Shown here: in pieces, positions 60,542 to 62,402 of the stretch
Numbering within the stretch: position 1 is the stretch's first letter
Layout of the letters: each line of letters starts with the position of its first letter
Program-made: the position numbers and the translations under genes
Virus record (IMG/VR): IMGVR_UViG_3300032241_001301
Span: 1-62,402 of that record
DNA length: 62,402 nt
DNA from: a virus
Lineage: Duplodnaviria > Caudoviricetes
Strand: one strand, 5' to 3'
Notes under the pieces: model-generated
Told to the model about the DNA's origin: nothing
Database searches by the model: none
The model's input: the letters and a program-made list of their open reading frames with translations, nothing else

Positions 60542-62402
60542 TTATGGTAGTTTTTTGCCCTCAAGAAGCCACCTAAAGTTAGTTGGTTCGCTAGTGTCGA
60601 TGTCGTGCCATTCGCCGTTAGCGTCCATCCACTTATCACCCTCAACCCACATTGGACCAAGCAAGCCATCGGCAACATAGCCGATAGGTGCGACCCCACT
60701 TGTGGTGTTGGTGTTCTTTGACATAAACCCTACTTTAGCAGATTTGTCTATCTTTGTCCAGCCCATTATGTCAGCAATGTTCTTGACTATTGGAATGTCG
60801 GGGATAAGTGGTGATTGGAACGCACTGTGCGCCTCGGCAATCATTTCTTGCAGACTGCTGGAACCGTATCGTGACATACCCATTGACTGAAGGGTTTTTT
60901 GGATACTGTCGCTTAGTAGGTAACGCCCCACCCCTTGGTTCAGCAAGTAGTCAGCCATGTCAGCACGTTGGATAATGCTTCCGTCTGGCTGTCTCCAACC
61001 CGAGGTGCGTGGGTTGCTGGCAATGTAGTTTCTGATTGCGGTTTCTTGGCTTTTCTGCCAGTCCACTGGGGTTGTGCCAAGTTCTTGGGTGGTCTTTTCC
61101 AATGCTGGAAATATTTGGTTTATTTTCATACCCTGCGTATCGAAACTAGTGTGACCAAGTTCGTGGGTAATGGTTGCTTCAACGCTTGATTCGGGATTTA
61201 GAATGTCGTCGCTGTATGTCCACGATTTACTCATTGACTCTGGTGTGAAATCGCCCTGAACAACCGTGGGCCAACCACCCGACACGTTATTGTTGTAGAA
61301 ATCCTTTAGTTCTTGTGGGGCTTCTCCCATACCGGGTATTTCACCTGAACGCCAGTATGTTGTGACCGCCACCGACGACCACTTACCCATGTTGATGATG
61401 TTTGGTTTACCATCATTAACCCATGCGTGTGTTTGTTGAGATGCGTCAGGTGCTTTAGTGAAATCCAATGTTTTGCCTGGCCCGAACTTATCCAAAGCGG
61501 TCATCGCTGCTACGGAAAGTCGCTCGTCGGGCTTCCACCCCCTAGAACCTTTGGCAAAGATAGCGGTAGTGCCGTTCTTGGACTTGTAAAAGATTTGCTT
61601 CCCGTCTGGTGAAGTGCCGGTTTGCTTCCATCCCTTTGGAACGCCAACCTTGATACGTGGCACGTTTTTAGCATCGGTTAGTGCCTTGTAAGCGTTCCAA
61701 CCTTCTTTGGTGCCACTCCAACGAACATTATTTATTGTTTCCGCTTCACCGATTCCACCAGTCCATTGGTTGCCGTGAAAGTTATGCCCCTTTTTGTCGC
61801 CCTTGGTGATTTTGGCTTGGTCCTCGTCGAATTGTGCATTGATGGCAAGGTAGCGCAGTCGGTCGCCCTCTACCTCGTCGCCCTTATCGTAAGCGTCCTT
61901 GCTTTGCGCCCGTAGTTGTTCGGCGGTTGGCTTTTTGCCCTTACGCAGTGATTTCACTACATACGTGTTCCAAAGTTGATTGGCGACTTGGGAGATGGAT
62001 TGCTTCTTGGTGATACTTGATTTCGCCGCTTCCAAAAGTGCGTTGGCGTAGTCCTTTGCTTCAGCGTCGGTGCAAGTAGCAATGCCTTGGAAACGACCAA
62101 CAAGTTCGGGTGTTGCTGGAACAACGTCCCAATGCTTCACAATGGCAAAAGAACTCTTTAGAAAGTTGTCTTTTAGTTCCTGAAGGGTTTGTTCGCCGTT
62201 TCCGTCCACAAACTTATCGTCACCGATTTGTAGTGCGTAGTGCTGAACAAAGACGGGTGGGTAGTCCTTGCCTTCCTCCGGCTTGATTGGGTCGCCAATA
62301 GCGACAGGCTTGCCGTTGGGGTAGATGTTCTGTAGCGCCTTCATCACCACGCCGCAGCCACCAAACAAAGGGTGGTTGTTTGGGTAGGCGAGAAACCCTT
62401 GC
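60542..62402 (-). CDS. Large head-associated multi-domain protein (5' end probably outside the window): papain-like C/H/D segment, GNQWT motif, zincin HExxH domain
   Basis: GGCG...QHYAL...VDGNG; ITK|GDKKGHNFHGNQWT; ITHELGH...SRYG....EMIAEA. Confidence 0.7.
   Translation of the reverse strand, partial: QGFLAYPNNHPLFGGCGVVMKALQNIYPNGKPVAIGDPIKPEEGKDYPPVFVQHYALQIGDDKFVDGNGEQTLQELKDNFLKSSFAIVKHWDVVPATPELVGRFQGIATCTDAEAKDYANALLEAAKSSITKKQSISQVANQLWNTYVVKSLRKGKKPTAEQLRAQSKDAYDKGDEVEGDRLRYLAINAQFDEDQAKITKGDKKGHNFHGNQWTGGIGEAETINNVRWSGTKEGWNAYKALTDAKNVPRIKVGVPKGWKQTGTSPDGKQIFYKSKNGTTAIFAKGSRGWKPDERLSVAAMTALDKFGPGKTLDFTKAPDASQQTHAWVNDGKPNIINMGKWSSVAVTTYWRSGEIPGMGEAPQELKDFYNNNVSGGWPTVVQGDFTPESMSKSWTYSDDILNPESSVEATITHELGHTSFDTQGMKINQIFPALEKTTQELGTTPVDWQKSQETAIRNYIASNPRTSGWRQPDGSIIQRADMADYLLNQGVGRYLLSDSIQKTLQSMGMSRYGSSSLQEMIAEAHSAFQSPLIPDIPIVKNIADIMGWTKIDKSAKVGFMSKNTNTTSGVAPIGYVADGLLGPMWVEGDKWMDANGEWHDIDTSEPTNFRWLLEGKKLP

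Noticed and set aside
1-62402. Alternative genetic code or stop-codon recoding
   Set aside because: Genes tile densely under code 11, and TAA, TAG and TGA all end credible genes.

Overview
A 62.4-kb segment of a tailed dsDNA phage genome (siphovirus-like, ~50% GC). The host is most likely an actinobacterium, judging from a DUF5047-type tail protein, an Rpf-like transglycosylase, a RecB/Cas4-like nuclease and leaderless genes. Almost all genes are on the minus strand. The window holds replication/recombination genes (SNF2 helicase, RusA, replication initiator with iterons, helicase-loader inhibitor, Sak4, Gam), two DNA methyltransferases, a holin pair and a near-complete morphogenesis cluster (scaffold, cement, major capsid, neck, two tail-tube paralogues, frameshifted chaperone, tape measure, a 4497-aa tail-tip protein, a 2525-aa collagen-like fibre and a glycosyltransferase). 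No terminase, portal, integrase, tRNA or CRISPR array was seen. The most notable observations are: (1) a ~600-nt, promoter- and terminator-bounded, highly base-paired non-coding RNA at 56.7-57.3 kb; (2) a neighbouring ~70-nt sRNA whose loop is complementary to the SD/start codon of the leader ORF of the transglycosylase gene; (3) a tandem family of His/Ala-rich proteins sharing a K|xxxxGHxFxGNQ(Y/W)T motif after a short leader, suggestive of capsid-targeted, protease-matured internal proteins; (4) a genome-wide, strongly over-represented TAGTGAAA(TC) motif; and (5) tandem NrdR-like boxes upstream of the replication initiator. All family calls are by eye from motifs; no database search was run.
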